Positions 17,389-26,861 of a stretch of 33,751 nucleotides of DNA are shown here, one piece after another. The translations under genes and the position numbers were made by a program. The stretch is from a virus (Duplodnaviria; Caudoviricetes): IMG/VR virus record IMGVR_UViG_3300032253_000026, positions 1-33,751 of that record, one strand, 5' to 3'. The notes below the pieces were generated by a model. That model searched no databases and had not been told where the DNA came from. It was given only the letters and a program-made list of their open reading frames with translations. The stretch's first letter is position 1. Each line of letters opens with the position of its first letter.

Positions 17389-17808
17389 ATGGCACTTATA
17401 ATATTTCCTCTTAACGATTATGATAGTTTCTCAACACTTGCAGACGCGGAATTAATAGTAAGTAATATGGTGGGCGACAACACTTCATGGACGGGCTTAA
17501 CCGATCCTCAAAAAGAAGCTTATCTAAGACAGTCTACCTTGCTTATACGAAATAAGATAGATTTACCAAGCGACTTAGAAAGCGACTTAAAGTTAGGATG
17601 TGTTCATTTATCGGTACACTCAATCGGTTTGGATATGCTAAATTCAGACGGAAAAGACAATATCAAGCGTAAAAGCATTGACGGAGCAGTAGAGACAGAG
17701 TTCTTTACTAAAGGGCAAAGATCAAATGCTTTTCCTTCAATCGTAAATACTCTTCTATCACAGTACGGACTTACAACCGACGGAACTTTCAGACTAGAGA
17801 GAGCTTAA
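17389..17808 (+). CDS. Head-tail adaptor (DnaT-like ssDNA-binding family)
   Basis: DSFSTLADA, W...KEAYLRQST, IKRKSIDGAVETEF, V..LL..Y. Confidence 0.75.
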   Translation: MALIIFPLNDYDSFSTLADAELIVSNMVGDNTSWTGLTDPQKEAYLRQSTLLIRNKIDLPSDLESDLKLGCVHLSVHSIGLDMLNSDGKDNIKRKSIDGAVETEFFTKGQRSNAFPSIVNTLLSQYGLTTDGTFRLERA

Positions 17809-17809
17809 A

Positions 17810-18172
17810 ATGCAAGAGGCTTTAGACGCAATAGCAGACATTAAGGAAGCATTGCAAGACGTAGGAAGCGACATTACGTTTAACCAGATTGAAAAAGGTG
17901 CTTATGATGTTGCAACAGGAAGCGCAAAGACTGTTACACCTGTTCTTTTAAAAGCATTCGTAAATAGTAAACCTTCAACTTTTGCACAGGCGAAAGCAAA
18001 CGACGACGACATACTGAAAGACTATCAATTTTCTATCACGACGTACACAGAGTTAGACATAGACAAAAACGATACTATTTTGTTTAATGGGAATGAATAC
18101 GAGATACTTCTTATTGTTCCTTCATTCCTTCAAAACATAGCTATTAAGTATGAAATACTGATTAAAAAATAA
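17810..18172 (+). CDS. Head-closure protein
   Basis: GAYDVATG motif; position in the neck module. Confidence 0.65.
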   Translation: MQEALDAIADIKEALQDVGSDITFNQIEKGAYDVATGSAKTVTPVLLKAFVNSKPSTFAQAKANDDDILKDYQFSITTYTELDIDKNDTILFNGNEYEILLIVPSFLQNIAIKYEILIKK

Positions 18173-18489
18173 TGTCACTTTCAAGCGAATTCCAAGACCT
18201 ATTAAGCAAACAAGAGCAGATCATTAATAGGTATGTAGTCAATTTACATACTGAATTAATAAGAAGTACACCGGTAGACACAGGAACGCTTAAGAGTGCA
18301 TGGGAGCTAAAAAAAGTTTCCGCTACTCATTGGGTAATGTCTAATAACATGGAATACGCAGACATAATCTTTAGAGGGATAAGGGCAGGGGTAAAGGGTG
18401 GATCAAAACAGTTACCAGATGGAGTCTACCCGATATTACAACGGTTTAACTTAGAATTACAAGAAGAGTTACAAAAACTAAAGGGATGA
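18172..18489 (+). CDS. Tail completion protein (HK97 gp10-like)
   Basis: TPVDTGTLKSAW, NNMEYA, GSKQLPDG. Confidence 0.85.
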   Translation: MSLSSEFQDLLSKQEQIINRYVVNLHTELIRSTPVDTGTLKSAWELKKVSATHWVMSNNMEYADIIFRGIRAGVKGGSKQLPDGVYPILQRFNLELQEELQKLKG

Positions 18490-18490
18490 T

Positions 18491-18883
18491 ATGGGAATAG
18501 CACTAGCAAAGCAGACAATCGAGCAATATTTTATAGACAGTTGGGTACTAACACCAATACAATTTGATGGCACGGAAATTGATGTATCTACCAATGACGA
18601 TTGGATAAGTCTTAAGTATGTTCCTGTTAAAAACAGTAATTACGGGATGGACGGAACTTTAAGAGGCAGAACGAAGTACAACGGGCAACTTCAAGTGTTT
18701 TGTTATGCAAAAAATGTTCCGCTTACCTACACCTTAGCTGACAGTGTATTGGAGTTCTTAAGCAGTAGGGTACTAGCTTCTGATATAAACGTAGATATAG
18801 GACAAGCACAGGGCAACGCAATAGATACGGATAATAACTTCTATGAAATGCTAGTCACGTTTGAGGTCAATAATTACGAGTAG
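18491..18883 (+). CDS. Tail terminator protein
   Basis: Position before the tail tube gene; GQLQVF, LAD motifs. Confidence 0.7.
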   Translation: MGIALAKQTIEQYFIDSWVLTPIQFDGTEIDVSTNDDWISLKYVPVKNSNYGMDGTLRGRTKYNGQLQVFCYAKNVPLTYTLADSVLEFLSSRVLASDINVDIGQAQGNAIDTDNNFYEMLVTFEVNNYE

Positions 18884-18889
18884 TATTCG

Positions 18890-18898
18890 TGATATAAT
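18890..18898 (+). promoter_or_regulatory. Extended -10 promoter before the tail tube gene
   Basis: TGATATAAT. Confidence 0.55.
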
Positions 18899-18931
18899 TA
18901 TCAAACTTATTTCACACATAAAGGCGAAAAA

Positions 18932-19915
18932 ATGGCAATCACAAATACAACGAAATCCGCACTTTTTCTAAAGAGTGGAGCAGTTCTACCAACAGCACCG
19001 GCAAACTTTCTGGAGAGTTCCGCGCCTGTTTTAATCAATCCTGAAATATCGTCGAATGATTATAAGCGTATTAGTGGAAAACTGAACGCTACAGAGTCAT
19101 ACGTTGATGTAGCAAATGCACAGGCTTCTTTCAGTGTAGAACATATGATGAGATCAAACGATAGCGCAGGAACAGCACTTGAAACAGTTCCGGAGTTTGG
19201 CGAACTACTTAAAGTTTGTGGCTTTGATGAGACTATCGATACCGCAGTAGTAGGAAACGAATTTGTAACTTACACGAATACGCAGACACCTGTTTTGGGA
19301 AGTGCACTTGCAGTTCTTGACACAAACCAATTCTCTTTCACAGGAAGCCTTGCTTCTGATTTAACAATGGAGTTTGAAGTCGGAGCGAGTGCGAAAATAT
19401 CGGCAGGGCTTCAAGGGTATATCGACAGCGCAACACCTACCGTAGTAGCTCAACCTTCCGTGACGCTTTCAACAGAGCCTTTAATGATAGTTTCAAATTA
19501 TTCAACAGTCACTTTAGGCGGTGTAACACTAAAGCCGGATAAAGTTACTATCTCGACAAATCCTGAAATTTCAGATAAGTACACAATGGGCGGTGCGAGT
19601 GGGCTTAAAGGTAAGACAATGACGGATTACTCTTTAACGTGTACTATTGATTTTTATGTAGACAATGCAGACTATGACAGAGAGATAGCAGCAATCGAAG
19701 CACAATCAACAGCAGCACTTGACATAAAAGTAGGCACAGACAGCGCAGGCGCACTTGTAAACGGTCAATCTATGCACGTAACAGCTTCACTTGTAAAGAC
19801 AGAGACACAAAGCGACAGCGACGAAAGCAATCAGCTTAAGCGTTCTGTTACTTACAAGATTTTAAATGATGGAAGCGACATTGCGCTAACTCTTAAAATG
19901 GGATTTTTCGCATAA
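18932..19915 (+). CDS. Major tail tube protein
   Basis: 327 aa S/T/A-rich beta protein, PEFGELLKVCGF; synteny. Confidence 0.8.
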   Translation: MAITNTTKSALFLKSGAVLPTAPANFLESSAPVLINPEISSNDYKRISGKLNATESYVDVANAQASFSVEHMMRSNDSAGTALETVPEFGELLKVCGFDETIDTAVVGNEFVTYTNTQTPVLGSALAVLDTNQFSFTGSLASDLTMEFEVGASAKISAGLQGYIDSATPTVVAQPSVTLSTEPLMIVSNYSTVTLGGVTLKPDKVTISTNPEISDKYTMGGASGLKGKTMTDYSLTCTIDFYVDNADYDREIAAIEAQSTAALDIKVGTDSAGALVNGQSMHVTASLVKTETQSDSDESNQLKRSVTYKILNDGSDIALTLKMGFFA

Positions 19916-19920
19916 TAGCT

Positions 19921-20001
19921 TGACGGGTTTTATGCTAATTCCCGTCACGTATCTACTTAAAACTAGATAGCCAAAAATTAGCAACTTAAAAAAAATTAGC
20001 A
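19921..20001 (+). ncRNA. Putative structured leader RNA C (hairpin with loop-downstream pairing)
   Basis: TGACGGG/CCCGTCA stem; loop TGCTAATT complementary to AATTAGCA at 19976-19983 and 19994-20001. Confidence 0.55.
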
Positions 20002-20012
20002 AGGAATATAAC

Positions 20013-20456
20013 ATGAAATTCACTTTCATTCAAGATTTTACGTTAGAGGTAGGCGATAAAACGCTTACAGGTACTTTTAAAGAGCTTTCAAAGAGTGAAA
20101 CGAAAGCGCACAAAGCAAAGCAAGACGAGCTTTTAAAATTGTCTAAAGAGACGAGGAAATACTCTTCACGTTTGACGTTTTTACAGCAAAAGAAAGAGAT
20201 CAAAGAAAAGCTCGAAGATTGGGCGGAAGTCGATAAAATCTTTGAAGAAATGCAAGAGCTAACAGACAAGCTTAATGAAGCAATTGAAGTTTTGAGTGAC
20301 AGTGAACAGGAAGAGAATATCTATAAATCACGCTTAGATATGAGTTTAGGTGGAGACTTCATCTCTGAAATCATGGAATTGGGGCACGAGTACGGATATA
20401 AACGTGTATTTGATACCATTCAAAAAGACATCCAAGACAAAGAGGGAAACGACTAA
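20013..20456 (+). CDS. Tail assembly chaperone (G-like)
   Basis: Between tail tube and tape measure; ends in slippery G GGA AAC. Confidence 0.85.
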   Translation: MKFTFIQDFTLEVGDKTLTGTFKELSKSETKAHKAKQDELLKLSKETRKYSSRLTFLQQKKEIKEKLEDWAEVDKIFEEMQELTDKLNEAIEVLSDSEQEENIYKSRLDMSLGGDFISEIMELGHEYGYKRVFDTIQKDIQDKEGND

Positions 20457-20773
20457 AACACCTCTTAACGTACTTTGAACAGTCAGGAGGTGGAAACGGT
20501 ATTAACTCAATACCTGAACGCGACAAAGAGACTATTTTAAATGATCCGCAAAGTAAAATAGTCGGAGTTCCAACCGATGAAGAGTCGCTTCTATTGATAC
20601 ATATTTTTAACAGTGTACCGATGGAATACGGAATGAATGGAGTCACGGGCTTTAATTATCAAGCCCTAAAAGATTTTATACATTGGAATAATCTAAAGAC
20701 AAGCAAATATGTACCTATTCTATTGCTATGTTTTGATGCATGGATGAAGGGCAAAAACAAAGCCTCTAAATAA
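20447..20773 (+). CDS. Tail assembly chaperone frameshift extension (T-like, DUF1799-like), -1 frame
   Basis: -1 frame open from the slippery site: KRLKHLLTYFEQSGGG...GMNGVTGFNYQALKDF...KASK*. Confidence 0.8.
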   Translation, partial: KRLKHLLTYFEQSGGGNGINSIPERDKETILNDPQSKIVGVPTDEESLLLIHIFNSVPMEYGMNGVTGFNYQALKDFIHWNNLKTSKYVPILLLCFDAWMKGKNKASK

Positions 20774-20780
20774 TCCAACT

Positions 20781-20815
20781 CCTTAAAAATGCTATAATAA
20801 ATTAAATTTTTAAGG
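20781..20815 (+). promoter_or_regulatory. Extended -10 promoter enclosed in an RBS-sequestering inverted repeat
   Basis: CCTTAAAAAT (20781-20790) / ATTTTTAAGG (20806-20815) flank TGCTATAAT. Confidence 0.55.
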
Positions 20816-20824
20816 CGGTTTTGT

Positions 20825-23800
20825 ATGGCAGAATTTGACATTAATGTAAATGTAAACGGTGCAAAAAGTGCCAATGATTTAAACACTAAACTGCAAGACT
20901 TAGACAAGCATTCTAAGAAATCCACAACTTCTTTAACAGACTTAGCAAAAAAAACCGCAGTTCTAACCGGAAGCGTATATGCATTAAATAAAGCCTATGA
21001 CGCTACCTTAGCGGTAGGCTTCAACTTTAATAAGTCTATGGAACAAAACATACAAGGTTTAACCGCCTTAACAGTTGCTACCTCTAAAAATGTGGATAGC
21101 ATGGGCAATGCCCTTAATATCCAAGAAAAATACACCTTAGCAAACGTAGAAGCCACAAAGACACTTAAAGCACTTCAAGCCGTAAATGTAGACACCCCTC
21201 ACACATTAGACGAAACAAACAAAATCTATAAAGCTATGTATGTATCGATGAAAAACGCAGGGGCAAGCACTGACGATATGGTGCAGCTAACTAAACAAGT
21301 TTCTATCGCAGCAGGAAGCGCAGAGATTGAATTTCAAGGGCTACTTGCAGGAGTGGACGGACTCGCAACGGGTACGGTATTAGCTAACTCTGATTTAGGG
21401 AGATTTTTAACCGGTTTAGGATTAACTAACGAAGAGTTAAAGAATTCCGAAAACGTAGTCGGGTTACTAAATGATAGATTAAGTCAGTTCCAACCGGCAG
21501 ACACAATGGAACGTGCAATAAGTAACTTGACTAATGCATGGGAGCAATTAAACGGAGAGCTAACTAAAGGACTATTTGACTCAACGAAAGACAGCTTTAA
21601 TGATCTTGCAGACGCTATCAATGAGAATAAAGACGATATTGTACTTTATGGAGATTTTGCCGGAGCTACACTATCAAGAATGGGAGACGGTTTTAACCTT
21701 CTTTTCGAGACAGCAAGCGCAGGGTTTACAGGATTAACAAGCGGTACAGAGATAGCGTTTAAAACTATGGTTAAGGCACTAGCAGACTCTTTAATAGGTA
21801 TTTCGGGAGCTTTAGAGTCTATCGGTTTAATAACGTCAGAAGATACAAATAGATGGCTTGACGAGTCTTTACAGTTAAGTATAGATATATCTAATGCACA
21901 GTGGGAGCTTACAAAGAGCGCAAAAGACACTAAAGAGGCTTTCGACGATTGGAACGTAACCGTAGAGGAAAGAGTCGCAATATCACAGGCACTTAGAAGA
22001 GAGCAAAAGAAAGGCGCAGAAGTACAAGCTGAACTTATCGCAGCAGATGAAGCCGAGTTAGAACTAGCCGAAAGTATAATGGAAGCTTTCGAGAACGAAA
22101 TCATAATGCTTAACGAGAGTTACGACGCTAAACAGAAACTAGCCGAACTTGATCTTAAAGAGGCATTGGGCGACCTTGACGAAACAGCCGACAGCTTTAA
22201 TAGCATATTGGACGCTCAAATCTCACTCGCTGAAAGTACACAGGATTGGACTACTTCACTAGAAGGAAACGCAAAAGCAATTGCAGGAGTCGGGCAGTCA
22301 TTCCAAAAAATGCACGTCAATAACCTTAAGTATCAAAAAGCAGATTATGAGTCTCAACAGCGTTATGCAAAAGCTTTCTTAGAAGCAAGAGGCGACGAGA
22401 AAAAAGAGAAAAAGGCAGAAGCTAAATTCGATAAAGAGCAGGCTACACTTAGAAGCGAGAACTTAAACAATCAACTTCAAGGGTACGGGCAACTAGCCGG
22501 TGCAATGGCGCAATTTTTCGAGGAAGGATCAGACGGAGCAAAGACTTTCGAGGTAGCACAATCTAGCCTCGCTTTAGTTGGTGCGGTTAATGCAGTAATA
22601 CAAGCATGGGGATCAGCACCTTTTCCGGCAAACCTTCCGGCAGTTGCAGCAACTTCCGCTTCCGTAGTGGCGTTATTGGGTAACATAGGGCAGACTTTAA
22701 GCGGTGGGGGCGGTGGAGCTTCCGCGCCTGTATCAGTTGGAGACGTTCAAGGCACTTCCGCAGGTTTTGCCTTTGAAGGTATGGACTCAACTAAATCTTT
22801 AGAAACAGCGTTAAAAGAACTAAAAAGCAGCGTAGACGTACAGAATAAGCTATTCGGTGCGAGTGGGCTTTATGGATCTGAATTTGTAAACGATTTAAAA
22901 GTAGCCGCAGGAACGCTTATAAGCGACGTAACGACAGCATGGAGAGAGTCTTTTAACAACCCTAACTTATTAGAGTTTAACGGAGTTCTTGCAGGGTTTA
23001 ATCTTGAAACATTAGAGCTAAAAGGTGGGGCTACCGTAAAGCAGTTTGATAATATCTTTCAGTTATTCGGTGCAATGTCGGACTTAGGCGAAACATTGCC
23101 GGATGTTGGAGCAGTTGCAAGAGGCGGAAACTTAGAGGATTTAATTGAATTTGAAACAGCAGTAAGCGAAGCCATAAACTCTTATACCTCTTCAATGTTA
23201 GACATGGCAGGGGCTATGGATGGGTACCGTGAAACATGGAAGGGCATATATGACGAAGTTACGCAGAATAACAAATACGCAAATATTGCCTTAGAGGAAG
23301 CTACTAAACAAGTAAACGAGCTATCTACTCGTTTAGGTGTAGACTCATTCCCTGATTTACTAGATCAGTTAATTAGTAAATACGATATTGACTATTCAAC
23401 CCTTCAAGATATGTACGACGCAAACGATCCGGCAAAACTAGCTGAATATTTAAGCGAGATATTCCCACAGGGTAAATTTTCGCCAGAAGAGATTTACAAT
23501 TATGTAGACGCTATCGAGTCAGTAGGCGACGCAATGTCGCAGGCTTCAAGTAATGTTGAAAGCTTTGTGGACAGTTTAAAAACTCAACAGGAGCTACTAC
23601 AAGAGCAAGCCGATGCCTTTAACTTACAAGTAGCTAATACGCAAGCCGAGTTAATGAGTCAGTTTGAAACATTAAAGCAAGGAACAGGCGGACTAACAGA
23701 CGCAGAATTAGACTATTTGAACACAGCTAAAAACGCTATTGACGAAAAAGAGTCAGCAGAAGAGAAAGCAAGAGAAAAAGCACAGAGAGAAGCCAAAAAA

Positions 23801-24643
23801 GAAGAGGAAGCCAACCTTAGAGAAGCTAAGAGAATAGAGGACGCAAAACTAAAAGAAGCCCAAAAGATAGAAGATTCAAAAAGAAAAGCGGCAGAAAAAT
23901 TTGCAATAGAACACGCAAAAAATGAAGCACGACGAGCAAAAGAACGTCAAAAAGCATTAGAGGAAGCCGAAAAAGCAAGAATAAAAGCACTTCAAGACGG
24001 GCTTAAAGAAACACTTAGAGGCATTGAGTCATCTTTGGGTATTGTCGGAAGTTCAATAGACCGTCTAAAGGGTGCTACTGAAAGCCTTAGAGCTTCATCT
24101 TTAGGAAGCACTAACACGCTTGATAAATTCTATGAGTCTATGAGTGCAACTATCGGACTATCAAAGACGGGCGATTACGCTAAATTCTCTCAATCTTTAG
24201 ATAAGACTTTAGGGCTTACTTCTGTACTTGACGATGTAACAGCGTTTGGAAGCAAGCAGGAACAGGAATTCGCACGTTTAGCGATAGCTTCACAGTTTGA
24301 AGATTTAACCGGAGTAATGGAAACGGAGTTAAGCGTCCTTAAGCAGATAGAAGCCAATACAAGGACACAATTACTAGCAAGCGGAGCGAAGGGCTTTTCA
24401 AGCGGTGGTTATACCGGCAATATCGGAATAAATCAAGTTGCCGGAGTGGTACACGGACGGGAATATGTAGTAAATGCACAAACTACAAGAGATTTAGGCT
24501 TGAACGGTCAAGGCGGATTGTTTAAACAGATGGTGCAGACACTTAATGTTATGCAAGCGCACTTATACGAAATAAACAAAGTATCTAAGAAACAATTAAC
24601 TGTACAAAGAGATAGCAATATAATACTTCAAGAGGGAGCATAA
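20825..24643 (+). CDS. Tail tape measure protein
   Basis: 1272 aa helical protein; APFPANL motif; C-terminal GFSSGGYTG...AGVVHGREYVV. Confidence 0.93.
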   Translation: MAEFDINVNVNGAKSANDLNTKLQDLDKHSKKSTTSLTDLAKKTAVLTGSVYALNKAYDATLAVGFNFNKSMEQNIQGLTALTVATSKNVDSMGNALNIQEKYTLANVEATKTLKALQAVNVDTPHTLDETNKIYKAMYVSMKNAGASTDDMVQLTKQVSIAAGSAEIEFQGLLAGVDGLATGTVLANSDLGRFLTGLGLTNEELKNSENVVGLLNDRLSQFQPADTMERAISNLTNAWEQLNGELTKGLFDSTKDSFNDLADAINENKDDIVLYGDFAGATLSRMGDGFNLLFETASAGFTGLTSGTEIAFKTMVKALADSLIGISGALESIGLITSEDTNRWLDESLQLSIDISNAQWELTKSAKDTKEAFDDWNVTVEERVAISQALRREQKKGAEVQAELIAADEAELELAESIMEAFENEIIMLNESYDAKQKLAELDLKEALGDLDETADSFNSILDAQISLAESTQDWTTSLEGNAKAIAGVGQSFQKMHVNNLKYQKADYESQQRYAKAFLEARGDEKKEKKAEAKFDKEQATLRSENLNNQLQGYGQLAGAMAQFFEEGSDGAKTFEVAQSSLALVGAVNAVIQAWGSAPFPANLPAVAATSASVVALLGNIGQTLSGGGGGASAPVSVGDVQGTSAGFAFEGMDSTKSLETALKELKSSVDVQNKLFGASGLYGSEFVNDLKVAAGTLISDVTTAWRESFNNPNLLEFNGVLAGFNLETLELKGGATVKQFDNIFQLFGAMSDLGETLPDVGAVARGGNLEDLIEFETAVSEAINSYTSSMLDMAGAMDGYRETWKGIYDEVTQNNKYANIALEEATKQVNELSTRLGVDSFPDLLDQLISKYDIDYSTLQDMYDANDPAKLAEYLSEIFPQGKFSPEEIYNYVDAIESVGDAMSQASSNVESFVDSLKTQQELLQEQADAFNLQVANTQAELMSQFETLKQGTGGLTDAELDYLNTAKNAIDEKESAEEKAREKAQREAKKEEEANLREAKRIEDAKLKEAQKIEDSKRKAAEKFAIEHAKNEARRAKERQKALEEAEKARIKALQDGLKETLRGIESSLGIVGSSIDRLKGATESLRASSLGSTNTLDKFYESMSATIGLSKTGDYAKFSQSLDKTLGLTSVLDDVTAFGSKQEQEFARLAIASQFEDLTGVMETELSVLKQIEANTRTQLLASGAKGFSSGGYTGNIGINQVAGVVHGREYVVNAQTTRDLGLNGQGGLFKQMVQTLNVMQAHLYEINKVSKKQLTVQRDSNIILQEGA

Positions 24644-24644
24644 A

Positions 24645-25577
24645 ATGCTTATTTTAGATCAAAGCATAACAAGCTTTACAACAATTAACGTAGACTCACT
24701 CTACCCTGATTTTGTACTAGCAACGACTTACAATTTTAATGATATTGTGACTTATGAAAATTATCATTACAAGTCAGTAACGGACGGTAATTTAGGCAAC
24801 ATACCAACAGATAATCCCTCTTTGTGGTTAAAGTGGAGTGTTTCAAATCCTCACGCTTGTATCGACTTGAAATCGGGTACTAGCACTATATGTGACGCAA
24901 CAACAAAGACGGGCGGAGCGTCGCCATATGATTTAATATTAGAATTCGATACAAGCCGATACGACACTATCGCATTGGGAGACGTTAGAGGAACAGACAT
25001 TATTATAGAAGTGTTTCAATCAAGCGATCTTGTTACACCTGTTCAGACCATAACCGAAAAAATAGAAACTCGTTACACGGTGGATAGTTGGTTTAATTAT
25101 TTTTATTCGCCTCTCATCCCTGATTTAACAGAATTTGAAAGAAACTTTTTTTATCGTATTCAACCCGTAGTCGGAAAAGTCAAAGTAACAGTGACAGAAG
25201 GATACGGATCATATTCGAGTATAGGCTTTTTAAACAGTGGCAAAACCGAATATGTAGCAGACACATTGTTTAGCGTAGGAATGGGAATAGAAGATTATTC
25301 AAAGAAGGAAACGGACGAATTCGGAGACACTTCACTAACCAGAAGAATATCACGCGATACGATGGACATAGAAATACAGTTTGAAAGCGGACGAATAAAT
25401 CACGTTAAGCGACTGATTAAAAGAAAACTAGGAAAAGTTGTTTTATTTATTGTCGATGAAAGCGCGGATAGTGGATACGAAAATCTTTTATTACAGGGAT
25501 ACGTCGAAAACTATACAACAGTGTTAAGCAATCCGGTACAGACGCAGGCGAGCATATCAATTTCGGAGGTTAGATAA
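24645..25577 (+). CDS. Tail tip protein with CBM-like insertion (distal-tail position)
   Basis: First gene after TMP; YNFNDIV..YKS...N.GN.P....W module; DYSKKETDEFG. Confidence 0.7.
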   Translation: MLILDQSITSFTTINVDSLYPDFVLATTYNFNDIVTYENYHYKSVTDGNLGNIPTDNPSLWLKWSVSNPHACIDLKSGTSTICDATTKTGGASPYDLILEFDTSRYDTIALGDVRGTDIIIEVFQSSDLVTPVQTITEKIETRYTVDSWFNYFYSPLIPDLTEFERNFFYRIQPVVGKVKVTVTEGYGSYSSIGFLNSGKTEYVADTLFSVGMGIEDYSKKETDEFGDTSLTRRISRDTMDIEIQFESGRINHVKRLIKRKLGKVVLFIVDESADSGYENLLLQGYVENYTTVLSNPVQTQASISISEVR

Positions 25578-25578
25578 T

Positions 25579-26181
25579 ATGTCTTTTATTATAGTTGGAG
25601 CATATGAAGCAAAAAAAGGGGAATTGTATCAAGCAGTTTTGACAGGCGGAAACGCTTTTCGCGTGATGGAGGATGTAAGATTTAGCATAAATAAGTCGCC
25701 TTTCGCAAAAGTTCCTGTAAATGAGGACATAATGACTCATCCAACAGTCAGTTATTCGCCCGAGCAGGATACAACAGTATTGCTAACAAGAGTTCCAACC
25801 CCTAATATGAGTGTATTACATGAAGGAAGTTGCCCGACTGAATTCACTTTATCCGCAGGTGTGGAGTCCGCTTCAATCTGTAATGTTTCTGTATCGGAAG
25901 AGGTTACGGCAGGGCATATAACGTGCGCCTCTTTAATTAGAGTTCCAACAGGTACAGACGTAAATATAACTATCAAGTCTTATGATGACGGAGTACTATA
26001 CAAAACTAGCACGGCAGTAGCGCACAAAAACACTGATACAATCGTGGTACAATACGAGACAATAAGCGCACTAATAGCGTTAGGAAGCGTAATGTCTTTC
26101 ACGCTAACAGCAGACGCAGCATGTACCGTAGAGGGCGCAATCCGTCCTAACGGAATACAGATAGAACAAACCAACTTATAA
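25579..26181 (+). CDS. Hypothetical beta-rich virion-region protein
   Basis: 200 aa, GGAGG RBS, within the tail tip module. Confidence 0.65.
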   Translation: MSFIIVGAYEAKKGELYQAVLTGGNAFRVMEDVRFSINKSPFAKVPVNEDIMTHPTVSYSPEQDTTVLLTRVPTPNMSVLHEGSCPTEFTLSAGVESASICNVSVSEEVTAGHITCASLIRVPTGTDVNITIKSYDDGVLYKTSTAVAHKNTDTIVVQYETISALIALGSVMSFTLTADAACTVEGAIRPNGIQIEQTNL

Positions 26182-26192
26182 GGAGTAAATGA

Positions 26193-26858
26193 ATGGCAAT
26201 TACGCAGACTTTGACGGCACTTCCAACTGCGCCACAATCAACGGATACACCCGAAATATTTAACAGTCGGGCAGACGCTTTTGTTTTAGCTTTATATGTG
26301 GACTTTCAACCTGAAATGAATGTAGCAATCGGACAGATAAACGGACTTCAAACCGAACTTAATACACTTCAAACCGAAGTAAACACGGCAAGAGATACGA
26401 CGCTAAGTTATAGAGATCAAACTTTAACAGCTCGTAATCTTGCTTATGCTTCCGCTAATTTCGTATCGGGCGGATGGGATACAACAACGGATTTTGCAAA
26501 TAAATCAGTCATTCACAATGGTGTGGCTTACGTTTCCAATGTGTCGCCTAATATAAACAACGACCCCGAGCTTACAGTAGGCACAGAATGGATTAAACTA
26601 AGCGTAGAGGACTTTATCGAGGTTTTATTTGCTGGACTAAACGAAAATATAAACATACCTATCACAGTCACAGCAAACAACGATATAGACACTATCACTT
26701 ATACAAGTGGTAACACTAAAGTTTATACTTATACAGCAAGTTTCGACATTGAAACGATTAAGTATTACGACACAGACGGCACTACTTTACTAGCTACATT
26801 AACAAATAGCTATATTGTAGATGATGTTAATAATTTCCCTTACGGGGTATGGAGCTAA
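26193..26858 (+). CDS. Tail fibre/adaptor protein
   Basis: ITQTLTALPTAP...FNSRADAF N-terminus, heptad repeat LQTELNT-LQTEVNT, CBM-like segment. Confidence 0.7.
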   Translation: MAITQTLTALPTAPQSTDTPEIFNSRADAFVLALYVDFQPEMNVAIGQINGLQTELNTLQTEVNTARDTTLSYRDQTLTARNLAYASANFVSGGWDTTTDFANKSVIHNGVAYVSNVSPNINNDPELTVGTEWIKLSVEDFIEVLFAGLNENINIPITVTANNDIDTITYTSGNTKVYTYTASFDIETIKYYDTDGTTLLATLTNSYIVDDVNNFPYGVWS

Positions 26859-26861
26859 AAC

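Noticed and set aside
23740-24000. Purine-rich low-complexity stretch in the tape measure gene
   Set aside because: Encodes an E/K/R/A-rich charged helix, common in TMPs.
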